Source: an uncultured Candidatus Binatia bacterium (GTDB lineage: Bacteria; Desulfobacterota; Binatia; Bin18). Taken from it: 64,000 bases of DNA. The stretch spans positions 1,504,001 to 1,568,000 of the forward strand of contig OZ243961.1 of assembly GCA_965214605.1 (NCBI GenBank). Reading direction: 5' to 3'. Shown here piece by piece: positions 1 through 11,300 of the stretch; positions within the stretch are counted from its first letter, which is position 1; every line of letters starts with the position of its first letter. The position numbers and the translations under genes were made by a program. Below the pieces are notes generated by a model. The model searched no databases and was not told the DNA's origin. It saw only the letters and a list, made by a program, of their open reading frames with translations.

Positions 1-678
1 GTGCAAACCCCAGGTGGCGGACTGATCCAGGGCGACCGAACGGCCATGCGGTTTGAGTTGAGTTCTGCGGCTCAGGTCCATGTCACCAACCAGGCGGCTG
101 AGAAGATCCACACCATGACGGCTAACTGCGCACTCCAACAGATTAACTTCACCCTTGGTCCCGACGCGTATGCGGAATATTGTCCTGAACCCCTCATCCT
201 ATTTCCTGGGGCACGTTTTGGTCAGGTCCTTCAGATTCAGTTAGCATCTGGGGCGAGCTTTTTTGGAACCGAGATTGTTCTGTCTCGAGCCGCGCCAGAC
301 GGCGCATCTTTTGAGGCCTTCACCACCAACCTCACGGTTTTGGATGACGACGGGGACATACTTGTTCGAGACCTAGGTCTTGCCCTACCCGACCAACACC
401 CCCTCGTCGGGCCAGGAGTGCTTGCCGAGCATCGTGTCTGGGGCCAGGCGTTCCTAGTCGGTCCCGACATTCCAGCCGACTGGGCGCGTGAAATCCATGA
501 ACGGCTGCCGACTGAGGGAGGAACGGTCTGGGGAGTTAGCCTGCTGCCGCGAGAGCGCGGGATCAGTGTGAAAGTCGTCGGCTCGGAGGTCCGAGCGGTC
601 CGACAAGTTCTATCCAGCGTCTGGAACCTGCTACGCCTGCGTCATAGGGGGGCCTCGGCACCTCGTTTTCCAAAATAG
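1..678 (+). CDS. ureD: Urease accessory protein UreD (5'-truncated by window edge)
   Basis: GGGLIQGD, TNQAAEKIH and PEPLILF motifs typical of UreD; followed by ureE and ureF. Confidence 0.9.
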   Translation: MQTPGGGLIQGDRTAMRFELSSAAQVHVTNQAAEKIHTMTANCALQQINFTLGPDAYAEYCPEPLILFPGARFGQVLQIQLASGASFFGTEIVLSRAAPDGASFEAFTTNLTVLDDDGDILVRDLGLALPDQHPLVGPGVLAEHRVWGQAFLVGPDIPADWAREIHERLPTEGGTVWGVSLLPRERGISVKVVGSEVRAVRQVLSSVWNLLRLRHRGASAPRFPK

Positions 679-696
679 TCAGAGACAGGGGGAAAT

Positions 697-1221
697 ATGC
701 TGCGGATAAGCAGATTGCTCGGTAATATCCATGCCGATTCTAAGATCGTGGATCGGGTCAACCACTGGAGGCAAACAAAGCAGCTGGAAGAAATTACCCT
801 CGACGAGCGAGACGCTCAGAAGAGCCGTTTACGCACCCAGACCGCGAGCGGACGAGATCTGGGCCTCGTCCTGCCGCGCGGCACGCTCCTGAGTGAGGGC
901 GACGTGTTCGCCCTCGCCGGCGAGGCCGGAGGGGTGTTGGTCCACGTTAGACTCCAAGAAGTCATGGTCCTCACTCCACCAGCTGAGACCGACCCGGCCG
1001 AACGTTTACAGCGGGCGGTTCGGCTGGGACACATATTGGGCAATCAGCACTGGTCTATTGCGCTTGTCGGAGAGCAGATCTTAGTGCCCGTCTCACTGGA
1101 TCGAACGGTGATGGAAACGGTGTTACAGACGCATCATATGACGGATTATTTCCAGATTCGCTACGAACGCCGTGCCTGGCCGCGCGACCAAATGGACCCA
1201 CTTCCAGCCCACAGTCACTAG
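697..1221 (+). CDS. ureE: Urease accessory nickel chaperone UreE
   Basis: KSRLRTQTASGRDLGLVLPRG..L.EGD and LGHILGNQHW motifs; GGGGG/GGA RBS-like stretch upstream. Confidence 0.9.
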   Translation: MLRISRLLGNIHADSKIVDRVNHWRQTKQLEEITLDERDAQKSRLRTQTASGRDLGLVLPRGTLLSEGDVFALAGEAGGVLVHVRLQEVMVLTPPAETDPAERLQRAVRLGHILGNQHWSIALVGEQILVPVSLDRTVMETVLQTHHMTDYFQIRYERRAWPRDQMDPLPAHSH

Positions 1222-1228
1222 CAGCCGT

Positions 1229-1933
1229 ATGAACAGGCCAGTACCCATGGACGACCCTGCCCTGCTGGCCGCCTTGCAGCTGGCCGATTCGTTTTTTCCG
1301 TCCGGCATGATCAGCCTGTCGCACGGGCTTGAGGCCTTTCTCAGCCTACAACCTCAGTCAGGCAAAGACATCCGGCGTTTGCTTGAAGATTATCTTCAGC
1401 ATAAAGTCGTGCCATTAGAGCTGCTTGCCTATTTCCATGCTTACCGAGCGGCGGAAACGGCCGATCTTGAGCGGCTGCACTTTGTTGACCGCTATCTGAC
1501 TGCGTCCATCCTGCCTCAGGAGTTACGCCAGGCCTCGACCCATTCGGGCTGGGCGATGCTTGAAACCCTCCGTCCCCTGGAAAACGGCACGCTCTTCCAG
1601 GCCTTTGTCAGTGGAGTCGGTAAGCGACACAGTGAGGGCAACAGTCCGATCTGTCTGGCCTTGGTGTGTGTTAACTGGCAGGTGCCGCAACGAGCGGGCG
1701 GGATGGTGTTACTGTATACCTTTATGGTCAGTTTTGTGAGCGCCGCCCTGCGCCTGGGTAGCCTCGGACATCGTCAGGCGCAGGCGATTCTACTCGACCT
1801 GCGGCCACAGCTGTCGTCACTGGTCGATACGGTCTGGGAACGGGATCTGGAAGAGCTGGGCGCGTTTGCTCCCCTAGCCGATATCCGGGCTATGCAGCAC
1901 GCCTATCTACCGGTCCGGCTGTTCAGCAGCTGA
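1229..1933 (+). CDS. ureF: Urease accessory protein UreF (start ATG 1229 or 1247)
   Basis: LQLADSFFPSG..SLSHGLE N-terminus and the conserved C-terminal RLFSS. Confidence 0.9.
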   Translation: MNRPVPMDDPALLAALQLADSFFPSGMISLSHGLEAFLSLQPQSGKDIRRLLEDYLQHKVVPLELLAYFHAYRAAETADLERLHFVDRYLTASILPQELRQASTHSGWAMLETLRPLENGTLFQAFVSGVGKRHSEGNSPICLALVCVNWQVPQRAGGMVLLYTFMVSFVSAALRLGSLGHRQAQAILLDLRPQLSSLVDTVWERDLEELGAFAPLADIRAMQHAYLPVRLFSS

Positions 1934-2748
1934 GCATTTTGCCTCTGGAATCCGGGCTTCCTCTCTCCGCCCAGCGTACAAAAGCGAAATCACAAAAGGG
2001 AAGACAGTGGAGACAGGCGACAAGTGATCTCTACCGGCTTTTAAGTTAAACCAAAATGGCCGACTGCCGAGGCATTGGAGGACCTACGTGAGACTAATCT
2101 TGAACCGGGGCTAGAGCCCATTTCTCCTATCATCCAGTCCGGCGCTCAATCCGACTGACTTGGCGTTGTCGCACAATTCTCAAACACGTCTAGTCCGGTC
2201 TGATTTCGGCTGATTTTGTCCACTTCACCATTTCCCGAAGGAACTTGCCGCTGTAGATGACAACCACTCAATCGCCGTTGGGGACTTCCTGCTTGTGCAT
2301 ATCACTTTTTGCAATAGCAATCCATGGGCTTGACGACTAGGGCAGGTCTGAACAAGTGGAGTGTGGGAAGAGTGACGAAGCGGCCCCGGCAGCTGAGCGG
2401 ACGCTGGAACCGGTGCCGGGTGGGGAACTGGCTCATGCTTCGACGAAGCGGCGCCCAGGGCGCGAGCCAGGCTTTCCGAAGGCCGGTCGGGGGCGCCGGC
2501 CGGCCCCGCTTTGGGCGCTGCGGTGCGTGCCCGGTGGGCAGGTGCTTGAACGTAAGGGTGCTGGCACGGAGCTCCCGGGGCAAAGCGTCGCCCCCAAGCG
2601 CCCTGCTTGAACCCACAAACCGCCCCTGGGCGGGTCCGATGACCCCCCGGCCTTCCACCCCTGGACCCACCGATCTCCCGGGCTCGCCAATACTGGGGTT
2701 CTCCAGACCTTCCCTAGGGGCTAGACAGGGGGCGGGCGAGCTGGAAAG

Positions 2749-3960
2749 GTGGGGGAGATGCGAGGAGCGAGTGCCCTGGAGCCCCCTGATGGGGGTAGGC
2801 AACTTCTGTGTCTGCTGCCGAGCCTGCACGACACCCTGATTGCGCGGCGGATCGCGATGCTCACCCGCAGCGGCTTCGCGGTGGAAGCGGCCGCGTTCGC
2901 CCGCCCGGTGGGCTTTGGCCGGGCCCCGGGGTGTCCGGTCGTGCGGTTGGGGGCGCTGCCGCCTCGGCAGTATCTCCGCCGCCTGCCCACGCTGCTGCGA
3001 GCGGCGGGCCAAGTGCGGGCGCTGATCCGCCGGCACGCGCTCGTGTACGCGTTCGGCCCGGACCTGGCGTGGCTGGCGACGCTGGCGGGGGCGGGGCTCG
3101 CGCGGCCGCTGGTGGTGGAGGTGGCGGACATCAAGGCGATCCAAGTCGAGCGGAGCTGGCGCGGGCGCGTGGTGCGGGCCCTCGACAAACGGGTGCTCAG
3201 CCGCAGCGGGTTGCTCGTCCTGACCGCGGCGGGCTACGAGACCTACTACCGGGAGGAGGTGGGCGTGGCGACGCCCACGCTCATCATCGAGAACAAGCTG
3301 GACCCGGCGTTCACCGCGTCGCTGCCGCCGCCCGCCCCGCCGGGGCGCGGGCAGGCGCAGGCCCGGCCCTGGCGGATCGGCTGGTTTGGCCGCCTGCGCG
3401 ACGCGTGGACGTTGCGCGTCCTGGATGAGGTAACCCGGCAGGCCCCCGGGCAGTTCACCGCCGTCCTCGCGGGGACGGTCTCGCCGTTCCTGCGCGAGTT
3501 CTCGGCGCGGGTGGCGGCCAATCCGCACCTGGCGTACCGGGGGGGCTACCGGTATCCGGACGACCTGCCGGCGCTCTACGGGGGGATCGACCTCACGATG
3601 GCGTGCCATACGCCCCGGCGGCCCGACCACTGGTCGCGGGGCAACCGGTATTATGAAGCCTGCCTGTTTCGCAAGCCGGTGCTGATCCGGGCGGGCCAGG
3701 CGCCTGCCCACGAGATCCGTCGCCATGGCATCGGCCTGATTATTGAGGCCGGGGGGGTCCGCGAGGCGGTGGCCACGCTGAGAGGGATTCGGGCGGCGGA
3801 TATGGCGCACTGGCAGGAGAATCTGGCCGCCCTGCCGCCTTCCGTCTACACCACCACGACGGAAGGCGCCGCGCTGCGGGCGGCGCTCGTCCGGCTGGTT
3901 GAGGCTTGGAGCCCCCCCCCCCCCCCCCCCCCCCCCGCGGCGACTTGCCCGCCTGGCTGA
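2749..3960 (+). CDS. Glycosyltransferase, ExoL-like (GT-B fold)
   Basis: RRIAML...G, VEVADI, ENKL, IGWFGRLR, YRGGYRYPDDLPALYG and NRYYEA motifs resemble succinoglycan glucosyltransferase ExoL. Very GC-rich; 25-nt poly-C near the 3' end. Confidence 0.75.
   Translation: MGEMRGASALEPPDGGRQLLCLLPSLHDTLIARRIAMLTRSGFAVEAAAFARPVGFGRAPGCPVVRLGALPPRQYLRRLPTLLRAAGQVRALIRRHALVYAFGPDLAWLATLAGAGLARPLVVEVADIKAIQVERSWRGRVVRALDKRVLSRSGLLVLTAAGYETYYREEVGVATPTLIIENKLDPAFTASLPPPAPPGRGQAQARPWRIGWFGRLRDAWTLRVLDEVTRQAPGQFTAVLAGTVSPFLREFSARVAANPHLAYRGGYRYPDDLPALYGGIDLTMACHTPRRPDHWSRGNRYYEACLFRKPVLIRAGQAPAHEIRRHGIGLIIEAGGVREAVATLRGIRAADMAHWQENLAALPPSVYTTTTEGAALRAALVRLVEAWSPPPPPPPPAATCPPG
3912..3936 (+). repeat. Homopolymer C25
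   Basis: Direct count of the C run; encodes a poly-Pro tail of the glycosyltransferase. Confidence 0.9.
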
Positions 3961-4530
3961 CTGAGCAGGCGCGGGCGGGGGGGCGGGCGCCCGCCGCCTC
4001 TCCCTTCTTCCTGGACGGCGCTGACAGCCGCCCCCCCCTCTTCCGGCGCCCGACAAGGGGGACAAGCCGGACAGCGCGCCCGGGAAGGGGCGTGAGGGGA
4101 GGGGACCGGGGCATCCGGTGGGGGCGTGGGCGTCCTGCGCTCACCAAGCGGCGTCGCTCCCTCGCCATGGGGTGCCGTCAGCCCCCCCGCCCGCAGCCCC
4201 GTTCTGGCGCGCTCTGTGGGCCCCGACGCAGGCCCGGTTCGCGGTCCGGGCGGATGCCCTGAAGCTCCTCCGGGCCGCCTGCACTGGGGGGGCGGCGCTG
4301 GTCAACGTGCGGCGCGCCCCGGGGGAGCCCCGCGCGCTCATCCGGGCGGTCCCTGAGCAGGCCGCGCCGCTCGCCGCCCTGTGGCACGCTTGGCACAGGG
4401 CGCATCTCTCGGCAAAGGTCCTTCCAGCGGGGAAGCGATATCAGCAGACGAACGAGGCCAGAGACAAGTTCCACTACTCCATGCTTAAGAGAGTAAAGAC
4501 ATGGCCAGTGTTGCAGAACGGGACATCTCT

Positions 4531-4808
4531 TTGCCGCCGGAGCCCGCCGGGCTGAGGGCTGTTGGGGGTGAGGGGGACGATCATGCTGTCCTGGGCCGTT
4601 CCAAGTGATCCCGACATCATCGGCTACCGGTTCCGGCTGAAAGGCTCGCGGGAGTCCGACTGGGGGTGGGTGGCGCGCAGTCAAGGCATGGTGGCGGCAC
4701 CGCACCCTGTTGCCTGGCCTGACCAACGGAAACCTCTACCAGGTGCAGTTGCGTGCGGGAAACGGTCGGGGCTGGGGACCGCTGAGCGAGACGGTGGCGA
4801 AAGCGTAG
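4531..4808 (+). pseudogene. Fibronectin type III domain remnant with two frameshifts
   Basis: Three frames join to LPPEPAGLRAVGGEG / TIMLSWAVPSDPDIIGYRFRLK... / LPGLTNGNLYQVQLRAGNGRGWGPLS, which matches the FN3 consensus (LSW, GY, GL..G..Y.V.VRA.N..G.GP.S). Confidence 0.75.
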
Positions 4809-5171
4809 GCACCGGAGTCGTGACGTGGCGGCGGTGGAGCGGTGAAGAACTCTCCCCCGTACTCTCGACCGACGGAGACAGGTAAGACCCTGTTGAAAAG
4901 TCACTGCAGGTTCGTGCAGTCTCTTGATGCCGTGAGTGCAGCAAGGCTGAAATCTGCTCTTTTTTCCTAGTCGCTGTGGTAGGATCTCAGTCGTACTGCC
5001 CGTCCCGAGCCTTACCCTTGTGCCTGGCGCTGGGAGTGACCTAATGGGGTCATACTGTCACGGAATTCCACCAGAGACTACCTAAGTGTCCGGAACCTGC
5101 TGGCCGAAGAAGGATTCTGAGCTTTGACCGGGGCGCTTATACGATGCAGTAACTCTCCTCCCCGCCACCGC

Positions 5172-5283
5172 TGGTCGAGACAAGCCTAGAGTTATCTGTT
5201 AATGTTACATCACAATCTCGAGATTGCGTATCGCAATAAAGAACGCATGGTCGAGACGAGCCTAGAGTTATCTGTTAATGTTA
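5172..5283 (+). repeat. 36-bp direct repeat pair (1 mismatch) separated by 40 bp
   Basis: TGGTCGAGAC(A/G)AGCCTAGAGTTATCTGTTAATGTTA at 5172-5207 and 5248-5283; the spacer contains the palindrome CAATCTCGAGATTG. Confidence 0.85.
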
Positions 5284-5357
5284 TCCTTTTTGACCATAGT
5301 TGTGGGTAAATACCTGCGACAATACCCGAAGTCCCACTCCCTACCGGGATAAGCATT

Positions 5358-8300
5358 ATGATGTTGGATGTCAACGGAAATACTTCTCCACCTGCCGGCT
5401 CATCATTTAGGAGACTTGTCCACGGATCCGCTTCCGTTATTCTCTCCTCCTGTATCGTGCTCACCGGCGCGTTGTTACTGGCGAACATCCTGCGCCTCTA
5501 TTCCCCGGGCCCGCCCATGGACGGTCTGCTTGGCGTTGTGTTCCTTACACTGGGCTTATCGCTGTTGCGTCATCGTGCGCCCTGGCCACGGGCGCCTCTA
5601 CTCTGTTTCACCGCCTTGGCTGCCCTTTACGGCGTGGGCGTCGCCATTGAGAGCAATTTCGAAGGCGTCCGCAACTTCGTCTCCATCCTGTACGCGGCCA
5701 TCATCTTCCTGTTCGGGTTTCGCAATGCGCCCGAATTGGCCCGGCACAGCGGCCTGATTGTGCTACTCGTGATCGTAGCGACGGTCATTACCATATTCCA
5801 GTGGCTACCCACGTTCCCCACCCTTAACCCGCACCTGATCTCGTCAATTTACGTCTATATACTCCTCACCATCGGATTAATCCTGGCTGCTCGCGGCTGG
5901 CAGGGGAGGGCCACCCTTGTGTTCTTGTTGGTCATTCCCACAGCTGCCGTCTTCGCCAACCGCTCGCTGGTGTTCGCAGCGTTGGGGAGCTATGCAGCGT
6001 ATTGGGCCGGGAAGGTCGTCCTGCGAGACCGACTGCGGGTCACAGGACTGGCTGTATGTCTCGGTTTCTTGATCTGTCTCCCGCTGCTCTTTGTGTTGTC
6101 GTCAGCGGTACCGCTCAATGAAGAAGAAGCCTTCCGAGAGCGCACTAGTCGACACCTTCTTCAAAATGGGCGTCAGATCTTGTGGAAGGTGGCGGTGGCC
6201 CACATTGCGGCAGCTCCCTGGTTTGGCCATGGGCCGGGTGCTGAGCTGAGTGCTGGGATGCATTCACCGCTGTCGCCAATCGACGGAGAGAAAGGGGCGG
6301 GATCGGTGTCCTGCTTGGAACAGGCTGGTGCTCCTGGCCTTGCTAGGGATTGTGACCTGTTGCTGGACATCAAGCACCTCTTGATTGGAACAGATGGGAA
6401 GGGAGAAATGCTGTGGAGCTGGAATATGCGGTCGCCGATTGCCTTCTGGAGGGGGATCGAGCTGGCCGGCACGCCGCCTCGTGTGACGGCCTTGCGCTTG
6501 CCTAACTCTGGCTTGAGCGGCCACCTCCCGGCACAGCTGGGGGAACTCGATGGGCTGCAAGAGCTCAACCTTGCGCGCAATCAGCTCACCGGTCCCATCC
6601 CGCCGGAGCTGGGCAAGTTGCCCAAGCTACGACGCCTGGCACTCCAAAGGAACCGGCTGACGGGGCCCATCCCGCCGGAGTTGGGCAAGCTCTCTGATCT
6701 TTCGGAATTATGGCTCAGCAACAACCGGCTGAATGGTGCCGTGCCGACAACCCTGACGCGGCTCGACCGCTTGTCTGGGCTGCGTTTAGCCAACAACGAA
6801 TTTGTCGCGCCCTTTCCAAGTCCGCTCTATGCCATAGCGGACCACGACCTCACGCAGGCCCTGTTCTGCCTGCCTATGCCCCAAACCCCGCCCGAACTGC
6901 TCGCGGACTGCACTGCCCTGCTGGCCATGCGGGACATTTTTGCTGGCGACGTTCCCCTCAACTGGACTCTCTCCTCACAAATCGGATTCTGGCAGGGCGT
7001 TGTAGTGGCCGGCACGCCGCCTCGTGTGACGGCCTTGCGCTTGCCTAACTCTGGCTTGAGCGGCCACCTCCCGGCACAGCTGGGGGAACTCGATGGGCTG
7101 CAAGAGCTCAACCTTGCGCACAATCAGCTCACCGGTCCCATCCCGCCGGAGCTGGGCAAGTTGCCCAAGCTACGACGCCTAGCACTCCAAAGGAACCGGC
7201 TCACCGGGCCCATCCCGCCGGAGTTGGGCAAGTTGCCCAAGCTACGACGCCTGGCACTCCAAAGGAACCGGCTGACGGGGCCCATCCCGCCGGAGTTGGG
7301 CAAGTTGCCCAAGCTACGACGCCTGGCACTCCAAAGGAACCGGCTGACGGGGCCCATCCCGCCGGAGTTGGGCAAGCTCTCTGATCTTTCGGAATTATGG
7401 CTCAGCAACTGAATGGTGCCGTGCCGACAACCCTGACGCGGCTCGACCGCTTGTCTGGGCTGCGTTTAGCCAACAACGAATTTGTCGCGCCCTTTCCAAG
7501 TCCGCTCTATGCCATAGCGGACCACGACCTCACGCAGGCCCTGTTCTGCCTGCCTATGCCCCAAACCCCGCCCGAACTGCTCGCGGACTGCACTGCCCTG
7601 CTGGCCATGCGGGACATTTTTGCTGGCGACGTTCCCCTCAACTGGACTCTCTCCTCACAAATCGGATTCTGGCAGGGCGTTGTAGTGGCCGGCACGCCGC
7701 CTCGTGTGACGGCCTTGCGCTTGCCTAACTCTGGCTTGAGCGGCCACCTCCCGGCACAGCTGGGGGAACTCGATGGGCTGCAAGAGCTCAACCTTGCGCG
7801 CAATCAGCTCACCGGTCCCATCCCGCCGGAGCTGGGCAAGTTGCCCAAGCTACGACGCCTGGCACTCCAAAGGAACCGGCTGACGGGGCCCATCCCGCCG
7901 GAGTTGGGCAAGCTCTCTGATCTTTCGGAATTATGGCTCAGCAACAACCGGCTGAATGGTGCCGTGCCGACAACCCTGACGCGGCTCGACCGCTTGTCTG
8001 GGCTGCGTTTAGCCAACAACGAATTTGTCGCGCCCTTTCCAAGTCCGCTCTATGCCATAGCGGACCACGACCTCACGCAGGCCCTGTTCTGCCTGCCTAT
8101 GCCCCAAACCCCGCCCGAACTGCTCGCGGACTGCACTGCCCTGCTGGCCATGCGGGACATTTTTGCTGGCGACGTTCCCCTCAACTGGACTCTCTCCTCA
8201 CAAATCGGATTCTGGCAGGGCGTTGTAGTGGCCGGCACGCCGCCTCGTGTGACGGCCTTGCGCTTGCCTAACTCTGGCTTGAGCGGCCACCTCCCGGCAC

Positions 8301-11300
8301 AGCTGGGGGAACTCGATGGGCTGCAAGAGCTCAACCTTGCGCACAATCAGCTCACCGGTCCCATCCCGCCGGAGCTGAAAGAGCTGCGCAACCTAGTATT
8401 GACCGGAAACCGCCTGACGGAGCTGACATCGCATCCCGTCGCCAACCACGACGTGAGCAGTCAGTTTCGCTGCTCGTCGCTGCCCAGCGCTCTGGTTCGG
8501 GATTGCATCGCGCTGTTGGAGGTGCGGGATGTCTTGGCTGGGGGTGCGGTACTGAACTGGGATGACTCGACCCCGATTCAGCTTTGGCAGGGCGTCGTGG
8601 TGGACAAGATCCGCCAACGCGTGGTCGCACTGGACTTGTCTGGCAAAAGGCTGCGCGGTCGGCTTCCGAAGGAACTTGGAGCATTGGATCAGCTTCAGTC
8701 GCTGCATCTCGATCACAACCTGCTCAGCGGTGCCATCCCCCCTGAACTGGGACGATTAGCCCACTTACAGGAGTTGGTACTGGACGCCAACATGTTGGTA
8801 GGCCCCATTCCGGTGGAGATCACACAACTTGCGAATTTGACGGTATTGTCGCTGCGCGACAATGGGTTGACCGCCGTTCCGTCGAGGCTGGAGGAACTTG
8901 GTAAACTTTCACGCCTGAGCCTGGGCGGCAACGACTTTTACGATCCTCTCCCGCCAGCCCTTGTAGAGATCAACCGCGATGTTGGCGACGATCTACTGTG
9001 TTCCATGATAGCTCGTCAGGATACCTTCAGAGGCCTGCGGCAAGACTGCCGCGCTCTGCTGGACGCACGAGACATCTTGACCGGAAGTGGCGAGCTCAAC
9101 TGGAACGACACCCTACCCATCGGTCTGTGGCGCGGCGTCCGGCTTGCGCATGCTTCAGAACCGCGTGTCGTCGCCCTGCGTTTGCCGGGGAGTGGGCTGA
9201 CCGGCGAGATTCCTCCCCAACTAGGCCACCTGACTAGGCTGGTTTCGCTTCGACTAAACGGGAATCATCTTACCGGCACTATCCCGGCGAAGTTAAGCTC
9301 GCTCAGAGAGCTGGTGGAACTCCGGCTTGAGAATAACCGCCTGAGCATGAGCAGTCCAATCCTCGATCTGAACCTCTTGAATAACTCGCTGCTTGTCAGT
9401 CTCGGCGGCAACCGCCTTGACGCCGTGAAAGCGTCAAGCGCTTCCAGAGACTTGGCACTGGTGACGGCTACAGCTAGCGACGGGTCCAAGCACGTTGCAC
9501 AGCCGGTGCCGGATATCATCGGCAAGGAGCTCTTCTGCCGCCCGTCGGCTTCTCCCACGGAGCTACTCGCCGATTGCGAGGCGCTTCTGGCGGCCCGCAC
9601 CGCATTGATCGGCAAGGGGGCAGCGCCGCTTGTGAACTGGAGCGACTCGATACCTATCGGTTTTTGGCGAGGAGTGACACTTAGCGCAGAGACGCCGCCG
9701 CGGGTGGTTGCGCTAGATCTGTCGCAGATGCGGCTTCACGGGCGTATCCCTCCCGAACTTGGCGTACTGGAGCGACTCCACTCCCTGCGGTTACATCGCA
9801 ACCGACTCGCTGGGCCGATTCCAGCCGAACTGGAGGCCCTGGATAACTTGCAAGAGCTGATGCTCGGTATGAACGCCTTGACCGGCTCTATCCCGCCAAC
9901 ATTGGGGAAGCTCTACCAACTCAAGGTGTTACATCTACGCAGGAATCGACTCACTGGTTCTATCCCGGAGGAGCTTGGCGAACTCAAGAACCTGCAAACG
10001 CTCGTGCTGGACGGCAACGCTTTGACGGGCTCCGTTCCGGTGACACTCGCGAGTTTGCCCAACCTAGAAGAACTGTGGCTGAAGGGAAACCGCTTGAGCG
10101 GCGAGATTCCGGCGGAACTCGCGGAGCCCGGCAGACTGGCCGTGCTGGATCTTGGGGACGATGTGTCTAGCGTCGGTTATGATGCTGGCGGTCTCCGGTT
10201 CTGCGAGGCGGCTCGTGGCAAAGACAACGGTTTGGGGCAAGATTGCACCGTGTTGCTCGACGTGCGAGAGAGGCTCATGGGTACGGCTAGGTTGAATTGG
10301 GATATCACGACGCCGATCAATGATTGGCAAGGCGTCGAGGTATCTGGCGTGCCCGCACGCGTGACGGCGCTGAACTTGGCCCGTACAGGGATAAACGGGA
10401 ATATTCCTCCCGAACTGCACAAATTGGACCGGCTCATCGAACTGCGCCTCAGCGACAACGGGCTCACCGGTCCCATCCCGCCCGAACTCGGCAAGCTGGT
10501 GCATCTGCAAGTGCTGGCACTCAATAATAACGCCCTGACCGGCTGGCTGCCTAGAGACTTGGCCAAAATACCCGGCCTGCGCGAGGTGCGGCTCGGCGGC
10601 AATGCGACAGAACACAAGCGGTTGTGCCAGCCCTCGTTGCTGGACAGTCCAGGCCTGTTGGACGACTGCACCGTGCTGCTTGCCGTCCGCGATCGGCTGA
10701 GGGGTGACGCGTTCCTCAATTGGAACAAGAGTACGCCCATAGAAGCCTGGAAGGGTGTGACGGTGGGCGACGGTGGGCCGGAGCGCGTGGTAGCGGTCGA
10801 GTTGCCTAGGGCTGGGCTGAACGGCCGGTTGCCGTCGGAATTGCTGGCGCTGAAACGACTCGTGTCCTTGCGCCTGGAGGACAACCGGCTGACCGGTTTC
10901 ATCCCGGCTGGTCTGGACCATCTTAGGGACCTAGTGAGATTGCGGCTGGACGGCAACGATTTCTCCGGTTGCGTGCCGTCTGCTCCGGCGAGGATGCAGG
11001 GCCGTGATCTGGAGCTGGATATGCTATGCGGCCCGTCCGCATGGGCCAAACCGAAGCTCTACGACGACATGGCCGTGCTGATAAGCGTGCAGGACGCTCT
11101 AGCCGGTAATGCCGAGCTGAACTGGGACTTCACCCGTCCTGTGACCTCTTGGCAGGGCGTAACCGTGGGAGGCGAGCCGCCTCGGGTAGAGCAAATCATG
11201 CTGTCACGGATGGGCCTTGACGGACACATCCCACCGCAACTGGAGGCACTAGATCGACTCGTGGCCCTGCACCTCGACGGCAATCGGCTCACCGGCACCG

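Noticed and set aside
2302-4065. 587-aa minus-strand ORF
   Set aside because: Arg/Pro/Gly-rich antisense shadow of the GC-rich glycosyltransferase; no motifs.
4118-4555. 145-aa plus-strand ORF between the GT and the FN3 remnant
   Set aside because: Low-complexity GC-rich frame with no identifiable homology.
6468-8376. Diversity-generating retroelement template/variable repeats
   Set aside because: No reverse transcriptase in the window; copies are in-frame tandem duplications without adenine-specific variation.
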